NCBI GenBank assembly: GCA_951406725.2
Contig: OX597818.1
Coordinates: forward strand, 48,856,001-48,920,000
DNA length: 64,000 bases
Source: Octopus vulgaris
Lineage: Eukaryota
Reading direction: 5' to 3'
Shown: positions 24,903 through 38,430 of the stretch, in pieces
How the letters are laid out: each line of letters begins with the position of its first letter
How positions within the stretch are numbered: position 1 is the stretch's first letter
The notes under the pieces: model-generated
The model's input: only the letters and a program-made list of their open reading frames with translations
The model's database searches: none
Told to the model about the DNA's origin: nothing
Program-made: the position numbers and the translations under genes

Positions 24903-25282
24903 CTCTTTTCTCTTTACTTGTTTCAGCCATTTGACTGTGGCCATGCTTGAGCACCGCTTTTAGTCGAGAGCAAATCGACCCCAGGACTTATTTTTTGTAA
25001 GCCTTAGTACTTATTCTATCGGTAACTTTTGTCGAACCGCTAAGTTACGGGGACGTAAACACACCAGCATCGGTTGTCAAGCAATGCTAGGGGTACAAAC
25101 ACAGACACACAAACGCACACATATATATATATATATATACATATATACGACAGGCTTCTTTCAGTTTCCGTCTACCAAATCCACTCACAAGGCATTGGTC
25201 GGTCCGGGGCTATAGCAGAAGACTGAACCCGCAACCATGTGGTTGGTTAGCAAGCTACTTACCACACAGCCACTCCTGCACC
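24903..25282 (-). mobile_element. SINE family A
   Basis: Full length with a small internal deletion. Confidence 0.9.
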
Positions 25283-27475
25283 TATATATATATATATATA
25301 TACACACAATGCCTGTATTTTGACACTGTTCAGTGAAAGTATGTTAAGATCTCCTGTGTAAACATAGCTATATCACAATGACACAAATTTCTGTTTAGAT
25401 GTGGCTGTAGCATTACTTGGTTTACGTAGTCTCAGCATTGATAGTGTTAGTCAGTGTTGATAATTGATTCTTTGTATTGACATTTTCTTTCGCTAAGTTC
25501 ACTGTGTTACAGAACTTGTAGCTGGTGATATAAACTGCTAAGTATTTTCCATTGCTCTATGATATAACTACTTAGTGGAGTGGATTATTCAGTTTTGTAA
25601 CTCAACAGCTTTTATATAGACTATCGCTAGCAGTTTAAATGTTCTGCAGCTAATAATATATCAATTAATTTAACCTTTTATGTGTTTCAAATTAATATTC
25701 CGATTTACAATAAAGTTTTGTGATTTCAATAAAATGAAATTGTAGTTAAATGAAGCATAGTTATAAGTACAAAAGATGATACGAACAGCTAAATCAATAC
25801 CTACAATTCCAGTAATAAATGATCTTTAAAATACAGCCATGTTGTGAATGTGCTAGTTATAAATGTTAAAGAAAATGACAGTGGTAGGTAAGTTATTTTC
25901 ACTATTTCACTTTCATTTTCAATTTATGAATATCATCTAGTTTTAGACTTTAAACTAAATATTACACTCTACTATAATAATTTAACCAACGAGGTTTTGA
26001 TGGAAATTATATTAGACTTTATTTGGAATTATGAGATTATTTCAATGCAAACATTGATCAGAGGTAAGACACCATACTGTGTTTGACATTAGTAGAATAA
26101 CCTATCTTATATGTATTTAATAACTGAAATAATTTATAGTTCCTAATTTGAGACTGGCAGGCACTCTGCTGTTCAGTAAACATAGTCACTGGCAATCGAG
26201 AATCTTGCCAGTATGTTTGTAGCTCTATCACTTATCTGGCTCAAATTTGTTATTTCCAATATCTGTTATCATTTACTATGGTTTCTAATTTAAAACTTTT
26301 CATTGTCCTAGTAACTTTAATAGCATTTCAGCTATAGGCAACATATAGCTAGTTAAGCATTATTAATCATGTTCCTATGAAGTATTAGACTTTTAAATGC
26401 TGTAATTGGTTAAAGGAGTTGATAACAGGAAAGGCATTTAACTGTAAAACATTGTCTCAGAAAACCTGTCCAACCTATGCCAGTATCAAAAAGCAGAAGT
26501 AAAATGATGATGTGGAAATGAAATATGAGGGACAAAATAAAAATGTTTATTCAATTAATAACCTTTTAAATTCAGATATTGATATTGATTTGACCTAAGT
26601 AATTAATTCATTTTGAATAGTAATTAACCATTGCATTTGAAATGATTTGCTGCCATTGAAATGAAAATTGGTACTTGTCATAACTTGTTGAAGATATGCA
26701 TCAGAAAAACACTCTCGTTTCATTAACGATGGCTTATCTGCTTTGCTAAGCTTGAGGTGTGATTCACCTTCACCATAATCAGAATAATGTTAAGAAGTAG
26801 AACAAATTTTTGAATGTATTACAGTAGGATTAAATACTTCAGAATTTGATAGATTGAGGCATGACTGTTATGGTTAGATGACTAGTGGCAAGTGCCTAGT
26901 ATGGCACATGTTCGTAAATAGCTTAAACAAATTACACGACATATTTTAGTCTCCTTCCACTTTCAAGAATAAATCCTTTTTTGAATCTGAGATTTTCTTT
27001 TAATGTCTTACAATATATTTCAGGTAAAACAAACACTAAAACTTTGATTATAATGTTCTTTATGAATATTTTCAGCTAATCCTATGTTAACCATTTATTA
27101 AGATACAAGTTAAATTGTAACAGGGTAGATTGGTTGCAATGTAAATTAGTCTTTGCCATGTTAACTTTCAGGTAATGTTTGACTAATGCCTATTTTTTTT
27201 CAAGGTTTTGATATATGCAGGTCCTTTCATAGAGTCCACTGTATGAGACAGATTGTCAGTAAATAAAACTTTCTCATGAACAGACTCTTAACCGTTTTAT
27301 TATCTATTACTGTATTAAGGCACAGGAGTGGCTATGTGGTAAGTAGCTTGGTTACCAACCACATGGTTCAGATTTCAGTCTCTGTGCATCGTATTTTGGG
27401 CAAGTGTCTTCTACTATAGCCTTGTGAGTGGATATATATATGTATATATATGTGTGTGTCTATATATATATATAA

Positions 27476-27518
<43 letters not shown>

Positions 27519-28339
27519 ATATGTATGTATGTATATATATATGTATGTATATATGTATATGTGTATATATATATGTGTATATATATATATGTATATGTAT
27601 ATATGTATATACGTATATGTATATATATATGTATAACTACTACATATGTGGAAATCTGTGGGTCTGTTTGTTTGTGGCGTTGTTATCTAACTCTTCCTAC
27701 ATCGTTCTATCAATTTTGATGAAACGTGACACGTAAGTTGAACCCATGTCTGGAAAACTAGTGACATATTTAGATTGTTGAAAAAATAGATTATAGGGGC
27801 CCTGGAAGGGATTCTTATATCTACTACATATAACTAATATATTATTTTTAAACATCCAAGAGAAATAACCCACTCGCTCCTGAAAGGGATCCTTATATAT
27901 AACCAAGAGAAATAACCCATTCATGTTTGTAAATTATTTTGTGTAAATCAGTATGCTTATTTCTTAGTATTTGAACTATTTCAGTTATTTTCGCAATTTA
28001 TCCAGTACAATGCTTAAACAGGTAAATAGTATTTTCCTAAACAATAGATCCACTTATTTTTGTTAGTGATTTATTCACGTTTATACTAACGCCAGCACTG
28101 CTGAGGGTAATATTCTCTGCGAATGTGCACAAGCTTTTTTCAGAGTTATTTACTTTGAATTGTTATTATCTCATATTTGATTTGCCTGTTATTACTTACG
28201 TAACATACTTCACGATTTTAATATACATACCTTATTAGTATTTCCTCCTAAGTTCTATATACTCTGGGAATGTATTAAAGCCTTTTTGGGGTTTCTTTAT
28301 TTGAATTCTTACTATTGGGTAATTAATTTCATGAAAGTG

Positions 28340-28528
28340 GAAAGCTCTGAGTATATATAAATGTCTTGTTTTCATAAGATTTTAATTAAAATCTGCCACC
28401 AAACCTTAGTCACAATTTATGTTCCTAACACAAGTTTAACGATAACTAAGTTATTTTACTAAATTCTTTGTTATATTTAAAGTAATTGAAAGAAACACAG
28501 AGCATCTCAAAATAAATACAGGGGTTAA
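28340..28528 (-). mobile_element. piggyBac-type MITE, partial inverted copy of 35432-35657
   Basis: Reverse-complement similarity; ends GGGG-TTAA. Confidence 0.7.
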
Positions 28529-29143
28529 ACTATCATGCTTTAATCTGCCATTATCTCATCCAGCTTTAACAGAATAGCTGTCAGTATGGCTTACTGGTTA
28601 AGAAGCTTGCTTTGCAGCCATATGGTTTTGGGTTCAGTCCTACTGTACGGCACCTTGGGTAAGTGTCTTTTACTAGAGTTCTGGGCTGACTTGCCTTGTG
28701 AGTAAATTTGATAGATGTAAGCTGTGTGTGTGTATGTGTGTTTATGTTTTTCTTCCCCTACCACTGCTGGCAACCATTGTTGGTTTGTTTGCATCCAAGT
28801 AACTTAATTCTCCACTGTCCAGTGATTGAAATAACTGAAAGATAAGAGATGAAATATATCAGATACTCAGCAAAGTTGACAAAAACTTTGTTGGCTTTGA
28901 ACAAACCACATTCCTTTGAACTATGTTCTATCATGAACAGGTCATATGAAATTACCTTTATGTTTTTGTGAAGACTATTCAGAAACCATATGCCATTATT
29001 TGTTCTAATGCAAAAATTACATCTTAGAGAGATAAAATTTTGGGAATAGTTTTGACAAGGCTATCAGTGCTAGATGTGCAGTTTATTTTCAGTGATCCAG
29101 CAACACAGGATCTTCCATTATTAAACCATTTAACTGTTCTTTA

Positions 29144-29510
29144 TACTCTTTACTCTTTTACTTGTTTCAGTCATTTGACTGCGGCCATGCTGGAGCACCA
29201 CCTTTTAGTACTTATTCTATCGGTCTCTTTTTGCCGAACCGCTAAGTGACGGGGACGTAAACACACCAGCATCGGTTGTCAAGCAATGCTAGGGGGACAA
29301 ACACAGACACACAAACACACACACATACATATATATATAAATACATATATACGACAGGCTTCTTTCAGTTTCCGTCTACCAAATCCACTCTCAAGGCATT
29401 GGTCGGCCCGGGGCTATAGCAGAAGACACCTGCCCAAGATGCCACGCAGTGGGACTGAACCCGGAACCGTGTGGTTGGTTAGCAAGCTACTTACCACACA
29501 GCCACTCCTG
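29144..29510 (-). mobile_element. SINE family A, young subfamily
   Basis: Near-identical to 9171 and 21173 apart from an internal deletion. Confidence 0.9.
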
Positions 29511-29998
29511 TATTATCTGTATTTCTTTCTCCTATTTTTTACTTGTTGTATCTTGGGAGGTCATTATGCCGTTAATAAACACATGCGTTAATTCTGTTTC
29601 CCTTCTTTATTATTTATTTATCAATCGGTTAACTATTTAACTAATTAACTAATCAATTTTTTGATTAATTCTCCCGTGAATCATTCAGTGAGTTTGGTCT
29701 GTCAAAGTCCTTTTGTTGCCATTTACGACCTCATCAATGACATTTCCTCTCTACTCTGGATCCACTCCATGTCTTTATTTTTATTTGTTCTTTTATTTTT
29801 TGCTTTTATTTTTGTTTATTCTTTATAAAAAGAGTATTATATACCTTTCTTAGTCTGCATTGGCATCCAAGCCTTACACAACTGTTTAAACTGATTAGAA
29901 AAATCAATAAATCTTGAAACAATTGTGATGATGTTAATGGTAATAATATTGGCATGAAGCCATATTATGGATTTAATAGTAATTAATATTGTTAATAC

Positions 29999-30537
29999 GA
30001 TGACTGGCACCCATGCTAGCAGGGTGCAAAGAGCACCATACGAGTGTGATCGTTGAAAGAGCGGCTAACCGGCTTCCGTACGAGTGGCACATAAAAGGCA
30101 CCATTCGAGCGTGATTGTTACCAGCTTCGCCTTACTGATACTTGTGCCTGTGCTAGTAGGGTGCTAAGAGCACCATCTGAGCGTGATCATTGACAGAGCA
30201 GCTAACTGGCTTCCATGCTGGTGACATGTAAAAGGCACCATTCGAACGTGATCTTTACCAATTTCGCCTTACTGGCACCTGTGCCGGTGGCATGTGTAAA
30301 AAGATTCGAGCAAGGTCGTTGCCAGTACCGCCTGACTAGCCCCCGTGCCAGTGGCACGTAAAAGCACCCACTACACTCTCGGAGTGGTTGGTGTTAGGAA
30401 GGGCATCCAGCTGTAGAAACTCTGCCAGATTAAGATTGGAGCCTGGTGCAGCCATCTGGCTCGCCAGCCCTCAGTCAAATCGTCCAACCCATGCTAGCAT
30501 GGAAAGCGGACGTTAAACAATGATGATGATGATGATG
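29999..30537 (+). mobile_element. Family E element with long tandem array
   Basis: Repeated GCACCAT.CGAGCGTGAT units and (GAT)n tail. Confidence 0.9.
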
Positions 30538-30803
30538 AATAATTATTATTGTTATTTGAGTGGTTCAAATTGGTAGAGTATGGCACACAATATTTTATAG
30601 TTCTCAATTCATATTATTTTGTGTTATGAGTTTAGAATCAGTTGTCTTTAGGAATTTCTTTGTATATGATGATTATTAAAATCTGTCAAAAAACTTCAGA
30701 ATGGAGTCTACAGGGGGTCAACACAGTAAAGGCTCTAGCACTAAATAGCAACAAATTTACAAAAAAAAATGTAAAAGTGTCTAAGAAGCTTAGTTGATAT
30801 GTG

Positions 30804-31209
30804 GGATCTTTTCGGTTTGAATGGCATTTTTTTTCTAGCGGTGTCATGAAATTGTCACCCATAATTATGACCCTAGTATCGATCTATTGCATATCAATCT
30901 GTGTTAGGGGTGGGGGGAAGGGTATCTTTTTTCTTCAGAAATGTAAATAAACCCAATCTGTTTCTTAAAACGAGGGACATATTCATATGGCACAGAATGT
31001 TTTCACCTCAACAGATGTCATTGATTGGTTGAAATTGCAGAAATTGAAGAAAAAAAGAACAACAAATATCTCACAAGCTATAGAATTTTCTCAATAAAGC
31101 CAAGAGAAAAAGATGTTTTATAAACACATTCTACCAGTATACGAAGTTTAAAAGTGTTTAGTTACGTGGAAATTATTTTAAAAAACTGCCGTTCAAACCG
31201 AAAAGATCC
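30804..31209. mobile_element. ~410-bp MITE family F (Merlin-like)
   Basis: TIR GGATCTTTTCGGTTTGAA.GGCA; near-identical to 53748 and 62044. Confidence 0.9.
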
Positions 31210-32879
31210 AAAATATGAGAAGGGAATAGATAGCAAGACAAACTAGATTTGGTTATGGTCAACTAGAAAACTGTATTTCTCTAAGTTAACATGTTTACTC
31301 ACTGCCTATCTTATTTTAATACTGGTGCTGTGTCAGACACATGCACACAAACACCAGATTTTATTGGAAACTTCACAAATTGTTAGTTTGAATCTCATGT
31401 TTTTGATCTTCAGGCGAAAACGAAATAAAAAGAACATTAAGAACATATTTAAAGGCAAACATAAGCATCAATCAAAACAAATATTGATCACTGATTATCT
31501 GAAACTTGCTGCACATTTTTTTTTTTTCCTGTTCCATTGAAATGCACTGGATCTTAACATTACTTTGGAATGTTTTTTTGGAATTATTTTTTGATCTGTT
31601 ATCTCACTGCCAACTTCCAGCTGTTTTTTTTCTTCTTTTTTTTTTTTAATATTTTGACTCATTAAACCTTTTTGTTATTTTTTCCAATGAATTTTCCATT
31701 TCCGCTGTATTCTTTTTCCTCTCCTTTTAAATTCTGATTCTGTAAAAAACTTCAGTTTTTTCCCTCTTATAACTTCCCTTAAGACTTCTCCCATTTGTTT
31801 GTTACTCATATTTCCTGTTCTTTCTCTCAATTAATTTGGTTTCTTTTAAGAAATTATATTTCATAATAACTGTCGATTTAGAAAAAAAATTTTTTTATGT
31901 AACTCACCTCTGGCTGTCTCCAACTCTGTTTCATTTGTTTTTTTGTGTATGTATATGTGTATGAGAGTTTCTAAGGTTTAAGACTTGAACATTTTTTTAC
32001 TTGTGAATATCCGTGTGTGGGTTCATGAATATGCAGTGAATATTTCTGTGTTTGTGTATATGTAGGTATTCCTTAGTCTGTGTGTATTTATACATGTGTT
32101 TGCTATGTTAACCTGTCACTCTGTTTCTGTGGTTATATATGGCTCTAGTACTGGTGAGGTAGATCTGTTTCCTGCATATAAACAAAAGGGTACCCCCTAT
32201 GGTTTTATATATAACTGTATCCATTTATTTATTCAGTGTTATATGACCAACAGCTTGGGATATTACAGAAGGCAATAGCAGAAGAGAACTCAGAGTGAGA
32301 ATGAAGAAGAAGCGGAGGTGTGTTGGGAGGAAACAGAACTAGGCAGTTTAATGGAAGAGAAACTGTAATGTCAGGGTTAAATGTGAGAAAGTAATGACAG
32401 AAAGTAATGATGGGAGGAAACATTAAAGGCAGCTACATGTGTTTGATGGTGAGAAAGAGAGAGAGAGAGAGAGAAGGGGGGGAGATGATGGATAGTCATA
32501 AAATGATGGTAAGAGAGTGTGATGGATGTCAGTAATGTGTGACCTGGGGAAGGGGAAGTGATTGCTAGTAGTGCAGGGGGATTGAGGGAGGGGTGATCTG
32601 CAATCCTTTGTTACTCAGGCATCATGATGAGGGAGAAAGAGAGAGAGAGAGAGCACTGTAGGGAGATACATTTAATGGTTGGAAGAGGGTGAATGGGTAT
32701 GGACAAAGGTTATTTTTCTTTACACAGGTGACCTGGTACAATGAGAAGGTGAATAGGTAAGTGATAGAGAGATGAGAGAACAGGTAAGCGGGGGGGGGGG
32801 GGGGGGGCAGCAGATGGAAACTTTGCTGGTTCAAAATAGGTGAAAGCTTCAGATGTAGATAGACATTATATATCCTAGT

Positions 32880-33140
32880 GTCCACTACTACTACCCTTTT
32901 TTTTCACTATGCTTGTCTGTGTGGTCAAATTTTCTCCAGCTGTGTCCCCAACTGTGTGTCCCCAACCTGTCACCCCTGGTCTCATTCATCTCCTTCATAT
33001 GATGCTTGAGATCAATCCTCAACACTTTATCTTGTGTCTTCTTTAGTCTTCCTCTTCTATGAGTCCCATCCTCTTTGAGTGCCCAGCGCTTCTTTAAATA
33101 GCTGTTATATACCTTTTGCATCTTATGTCTGTACCAGTGT
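32880..33140 (-). mobile_element. RTE LINE 3' end remnant
   Basis: RRGRLKKTQDKVLRIDLK resembles the RTE C-terminal GRPRKTW..V..DL motif. Confidence 0.55.
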
Positions 33141-33155
33141 GTGAGATTATATATC

Positions 33156-33186
<31 letters not shown>

Positions 33187-33427
33187 CAATTTTACTGAAC
33201 CTTCAGTTTTTTTTATATGCTTGATCACTGGTGTGAAATCGATGTTAATTAAATTAATATCTAATTTCTCACCCTCATTTTAAATTATATATATATATAT
33301 ATATATAATCAATAAATCTCAGGGTAGCAAAAAAATTTAGAAAAATTCTTTGTTACCAGTGGTCTAGCAACAAAAAAAACTAGTCAATAGACTATATATT
33401 ATTCATATAAAAATACAATGTACACTG

Positions 33428-33473
<46 letters not shown>

Positions 33474-33635
33474 CAGGGGTGTATATTCTAGGTGTGCACT
33501 GCACACTCATCGAGAATGGCAAATTCATTATAAATATTAACCTTACTCATTAATTTAATCACAAATCTTAATGGAAAACTTCTGCTATACCCCTGCTTGA
33601 AATTTGATGGCATTCGGTGTGACACCATACCCAAT

Positions 33636-33688
<53 letters not shown>

Positions 33689-34034
33689 CATATGACAAGC
33701 TTCTTTCAGTTTCAATCTACCCAATCCGTTTACAAGGCTTTGGTCTGCCCCAGTGTAGAAGACACTTGCCCAAAGTGCCATGCAGTGGGACTGAACCCAG
33801 AACTATGTGGTTGGTAAACAAGCTACTTTGAAAAATAAATCCTTATTTTATGATTTATTATTGTTTATATTTTGAATTACACATATATGAGGGTACCAAA
33901 ATCTTTTAAGTGCAAAGGCCTGTATGGATCTTAATCCAACCCTGCTTAAGACGTAGGAAAGGAGTTGGTAGGAATTCCATTGGTAGGTATGTCCATTGTA
34001 AACTATAGACATACAAGAGATACTTACTTATACT

Positions 34035-34400
34035 TGTGGCGACATTCACCCTGGGCGGGTTGAGTCGGCTTCTTCTACCACCCTCGTGGCATCTTGAACC
34101 AGGGCACTGGAAGAAGTTTCGTGGGAATATGAATTTCACAAGCGGTCCCCAACAATCTCGCATGTAGAGACATCCTGTTTGCCGCAGATTGTCCACAGAC
34201 GCAGGGACAGAACGACTGAGGAGCCGCTGGTTGCCGAAACAGACACTCCGATGATTTTCACCAGGGCCCCGTCTGCTGGGTTGTGGCCCTAATACCACTC
34301 GGTGTCAGACCAATCTGCTTTGGGTGGCCCTACCAGGAACTGAAGTTCCCTAAGGCATAGCTCTGACATTACCTGTTGCCAGCGTCCCCACCACGGTGAG
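34035..34400 (-). mobile_element. RTE-type LINE 5' UTR fragment (GC-rich)
   Basis: Minus strand CCGTGGTGGG..GAGCTATGCC..GGTAGGGCCACCCAA resembles the RTE/BovB 5' region (recalled, not searched). Confidence 0.55.
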
Positions 34401-34749
34401 TTGGCTTATAGGTAAGTTGGCAGAGCAGGTGGTTGCAGCAGGTATACAGGTTGCTAACAGTAAGAGTAGATATGAAATAAATTCCTTCAAATGCTATGAA
34501 AGCTTCCTAGAATTACTTTACAATGTTTGCTACCAAGATGGCCTAATTAACAGTGGAGGGGGTTGTTCCAAAAGCATAGTTGTTAGAATAAGAGTGAGAT
34601 GCAAGAAATTCAGGGAGTCATTGTGTCTGCTGGCAGCAACAGGTTTCTTCTTCCACGTGAAGGGTAGATTTAATGATGCTTGTGTATGAAGTATGTTGTA
34701 GCACGGTAGCAAGATGGCAGTCTCAAGTGCCGAGAATTTGTGAAGGTTG

Positions 34750-35060
34750 GAAAGAAATGAGGTGAGCATTCTCTACTACTTATGTAATGATATATAGTGG
34801 GTACATACAACGCAGTTCATTTGAGCTAAGAGGAAAAGCTGCTTATTAGAAGAATTTTAGAGGAATTGTATATAGTGTGCAAGGTAGAAAACTATGCTAT
34901 GGGTGTGAATGATGACGGTTATAGAAAGAAATGCTGGGTGTTACAAGCACATGGAACCTGTGGAAGTGATTGACCAAGGAGACATGGGTTAAAGTGGTGA
35001 AGGGTGATCTCAAGAGGTTTAACCTCTCACAAAGAGATGACTAAGAACCATAACAGGTAG
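34750..35060 (+). mobile_element. RTE LINE 3' end remnant followed by (TAC)n/(CAC)n
   Basis: Degenerate GTCG..PRRTW..VVKGDLK region. Confidence 0.5.
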
Positions 35061-35065
35061 TGAAA

Positions 35066-35098
<33 letters not shown>

Positions 35099-35431
35099 CA
35101 CCACTACTACTACTACTACTACCACCACCACCGCCTAGACAATTACTACAGGAATTAGTTTTACTCAGAGTATTATTATTATTAGAATAAGGATATTTAA
35201 AAGCTCTGTGATTTATTACCTGTTAGCAACAAGGAGTTTCTGAGCCAACTAAGGAAGCCACTACATAGGGATTCAACTAACTAGAAAGGGCAGAATTCTC
35301 CTTCAAACCTCTTTTTATTGTCTAGACTGTTGGTGAAGTCAGTGGAGTTGATATTCGGTATTAATTTCTGTAGGGGTTAACGCCTGTAGGGACAGAAAGT
35401 CCTAGAGAGCTGTGTTGAGCAAACTGTTTAA

Positions 35432-35657
35432 CCCTTTCGTTACTGTATTTATTTTGAGATGCTCCCTGTTTCTTTCAATTACTTTAAATATAACAAAGAA
35501 TTTAGTAAAATAACTTAGTTATCATTAAGCTAGTGTTAGGAACATAAATTGTGATTAAGGTTTGGTGGAAGATTTTAATTCAAAATTTATAAAAAAAAAA
35601 ACAAGACATTTGTACTCAGAGCCAGAGCCAGTTTCAGCCAGGTTAGTAATGAAAGGG
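35432..35657. mobile_element. piggyBac-type MITE
   Basis: TTAA TSDs and TIR CCCTTTCGTTAC / GTAATGAAAGGG. Confidence 0.85.
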
Positions 35658-35888
35658 TTAATGTAAGGTTTGGATGTGTGACATACAATAAGGATGATGA
35701 GAGGAGAAGTAGTAGTTTCATTGTTTTGGTTTGAGAGGTGGGTAATATAAGGGAGTAGTATAAAGCTTAGTAGTTCAGAGAAGAGCAGAAGCTATTGAAG
35801 AAAAGAAGGAGAAAGGAAAAACTATTAGCATGTCTCTGTTGTGCTAGTGATTGAGTTTTTGTCAATCAGTAAGTTGGTCTTTGTTTAA

Positions 35889-36110
35889 CCCTTTAGTGTT
35901 CGCATTATTCTGCCAAAATTAATCCTTTTTTATTCACATTGTTTTGAACTAATCATGCATTATGTTGTAGCTATGAGATTTTGATGGAGGTAGCTGTTAA
36001 TTTTTAAAACGATATTGTAGGGTTGGTGTGAGAGACCAGATCTGGCCAGTTTGAACATAGAATAGGCAGAATACTTTTGGCCGGATATGGCCGGTTTAAA
36101 TGCTAAAGGG
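35889..36110. mobile_element. piggyBac-type MITE (second family)
   Basis: TTAA TSDs and TIR CCCTTTAG / CTAAAGGG; homologous to 52643-52862. Confidence 0.85.
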
Positions 36111-36158
36111 TTAAATGTGTATCAAAAGTACCATCTCAAGTATATGAACAGTAATATA

Positions 36159-36390
36159 TATTTCTTTATTGCCCTCAAGGGGCTAAACACAGATGGGACA
36201 AACAAGGAGAGACAAACGGATTAAGTTGATTATATCGACCCCAGTGCGTAACTGGTACTTAATTTATCGACCCCGAAAGGATGAAAGGCAAAGTCAACCT
36301 CGGCGGAATTTGAACTCAGAACATAACGGCAGACGAAATACGGCTACGCATTTCGCCCGGCATGCTAACGTTTCTGCCAGCTCGCCGCCT
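36159..36390 (-). mobile_element. SINE family B monomer with 16-bp TSD
   Basis: TATGAACAGTAATATA at 36143-36158 and 36391-36406. Confidence 0.9.
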
Positions 36391-37374
36391 TATGAACAGT
36401 AATATAATTTGGGTCACACTATAATCCAGGTCACAAGTGAACAAGAGTGAAGTGTCTTTAAGACCCGAACAGTTAAAGAGTAGTGAAATCCAAGTATTAA
36501 CAGTTTAGGTTGTTGGGGAAAAAGTTTTATATTGATCAGCTATATCACTTTGTCTGAAAGTTGAGAGATAAATTGAGCTACATATTAAAGGTATGAGTCA
36601 GTGTATACAGACAAAGCAGCTGTACTGTGGATGTGTGATGTGGGTGATAATGGGAGATAGCTAAGATGAAAGGAAAATCAAGAAATAGTAAAAATAAGTA
36701 TGAAAATATTGGATTTCACTTAAGATGCTTGAGAAAAATTACAAAAGGCTGTACTTCCTCTTCAGGGTCGGAAAATATTGAGTCTTGATTAAGCTCAATT
36801 ATGGTCCAAGGTTTAAATATGACAGTGTTAAAAAAGAAGAAGCTTAAATGATGACAAGATATCAGAAAGTTTATAGCATTGTTTAAATCTCAGCATTATT
36901 GATTTGATATTTACTCTTCTGTCCTGGTAGCAACATGATGAGGTTTCAATATGACATTCTCAGGATACTGGTTTCAAATTTTGGTGCATGGCCAGCAATT
37001 TTAGGAAATTAGGAATTTTAGGACTACATCAACCCCATTTCCCACTGGTACTTATTTTAATGACCCCCAAAAAATGAAAGGTAAATTTGAACCTTGGCAA
37101 CATTTGAACTCGGAATGCAAAGAAGGAAGAAATACCTCTAAGCATTCTTCCCAGTGTGCTAACAATTCTTCCAGCTTTCTGCCTTATATTCTAAGTATAT
37201 TGGTTCTGGGTTACTTTCTCAAGAGGCCTTAATTTTTATGCTAGTGACTCATGGAATTTCTGCAAGATTTTCTTATCTATTTGTTTTACACTTCCAGTCT
37301 TATCTCGAATCCCTATTTTGATCTGTATTTTGACAGCCGGGTATTATTTTGATATATTTAAACTCTAGGCACTG

Positions 37375-37503
37375 CGCTCTGTAGAGCAATGTGAAATCGT
37401 ATGTTTTACTGAAGAACACAACATGCCACTGGTCCAGGAATTTGAACCCACAATCTAGCAATCATGAGTGCAACACCCTAACCACTTAGCCATGTGCCTT
37501 CAC
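37375..37503 (-). mobile_element. tRNA-derived SINE family D head
   Basis: Minus strand TGGCTAAGTGGTTAGGG..GGGTTCAAATTCC A/B boxes. Confidence 0.65.
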
Positions 37504-37743
37504 AGAGATTTTATTACGAAAGAAATGTTTATTAGATTTTATGACTAAAGAATTGTTATACTGGTTTAGCAGCATATCGATCAGCTTTGAAGTAAGAGGA
37601 AGCTTGCATATTCTCTTAGATTGTTTGTATATTAGTTGATAGCTGGCGTATATAATCAAACAGTATAGATTTTGCAATATGTATTCAAGAAAAATTATGT
37701 AATCCATCAACAATCATATAAATTAATTCTTTCATTGTATATA

Positions 37744-37782
37744 CTAGCAGTGAGACTGCCCTCTGGGTGGTTTTCTGCTAAT
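37744..37782 (-). mobile_element. Helitron-like 3' terminus (hairpin plus CTAG)
   Basis: A|CTAGCAG..CTGCCCTCTGGGTGG..CTGCTA imperfect hairpin. Confidence 0.45.
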
Positions 37783-38014
37783 CTCTGAATAATATTTATA
37801 CACTTGATTCCCAATTTGTGTAATTTTTACTCATGTGTTACATGTAATTTTCCATTGTATTCTTTGTCTAATAGTACTCAGATGCACAGTAAATAAATTT
37901 AGAACAATATCATGTACGAAAAGACAGCATTAGAATTTATGAAGAAATCAGGCATTATGTTAACTTAGTCATGTAAAAGTCTTCTGTTTATTGTTTTGAA
38001 CAGTATCCAACAAA

Positions 38015-38430
38015 TCATCATCATCATTTAGCGTCCGCTTTACATGCTAGCATGGGTTGGACGGTTCAACTGGGGTCTGAGAAGCCAGAAGGCTGCATCA
38101 GGCCCAGTCTGATCTGGCAGTGTTTCTATGGCTGGATGCCCTTCCTAACGCCAACCACTCCATGAGTGTAGTGGGTGCTTTTAACGTGCCACCCACACAG
38201 GTGCCAGACGGAGCTTGCAAACGGCCACAATCGGATGGTGCTTTTTACGTGCCACCGGCACGGGGGCTAGGCGAAGCTGGCAATGGCCACGATCGGATGG
38301 TGCTTTTTAGGCCAGGCGAGGCTGGCAATGGCCACGAACGGATGGTGCTTTTTACGTGCCATCAGCACGGAGGCCAGTCGGGGTGGCGCTGGCAACGGCC
38401 ACGATCGGATGGTTCGCTTACTTGTCACCG
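38015..38430 (-). mobile_element. Family E element
   Basis: (CAT)n plus tandem GGCCACGATCGGATGGTGC units. Confidence 0.85.

Noticed and set aside
33906-34298. 130-aa GC-rich minus-strand ORF as a host gene
   Set aside because: It lies in an RTE-like 5' UTR fragment and has no recognisable domain.
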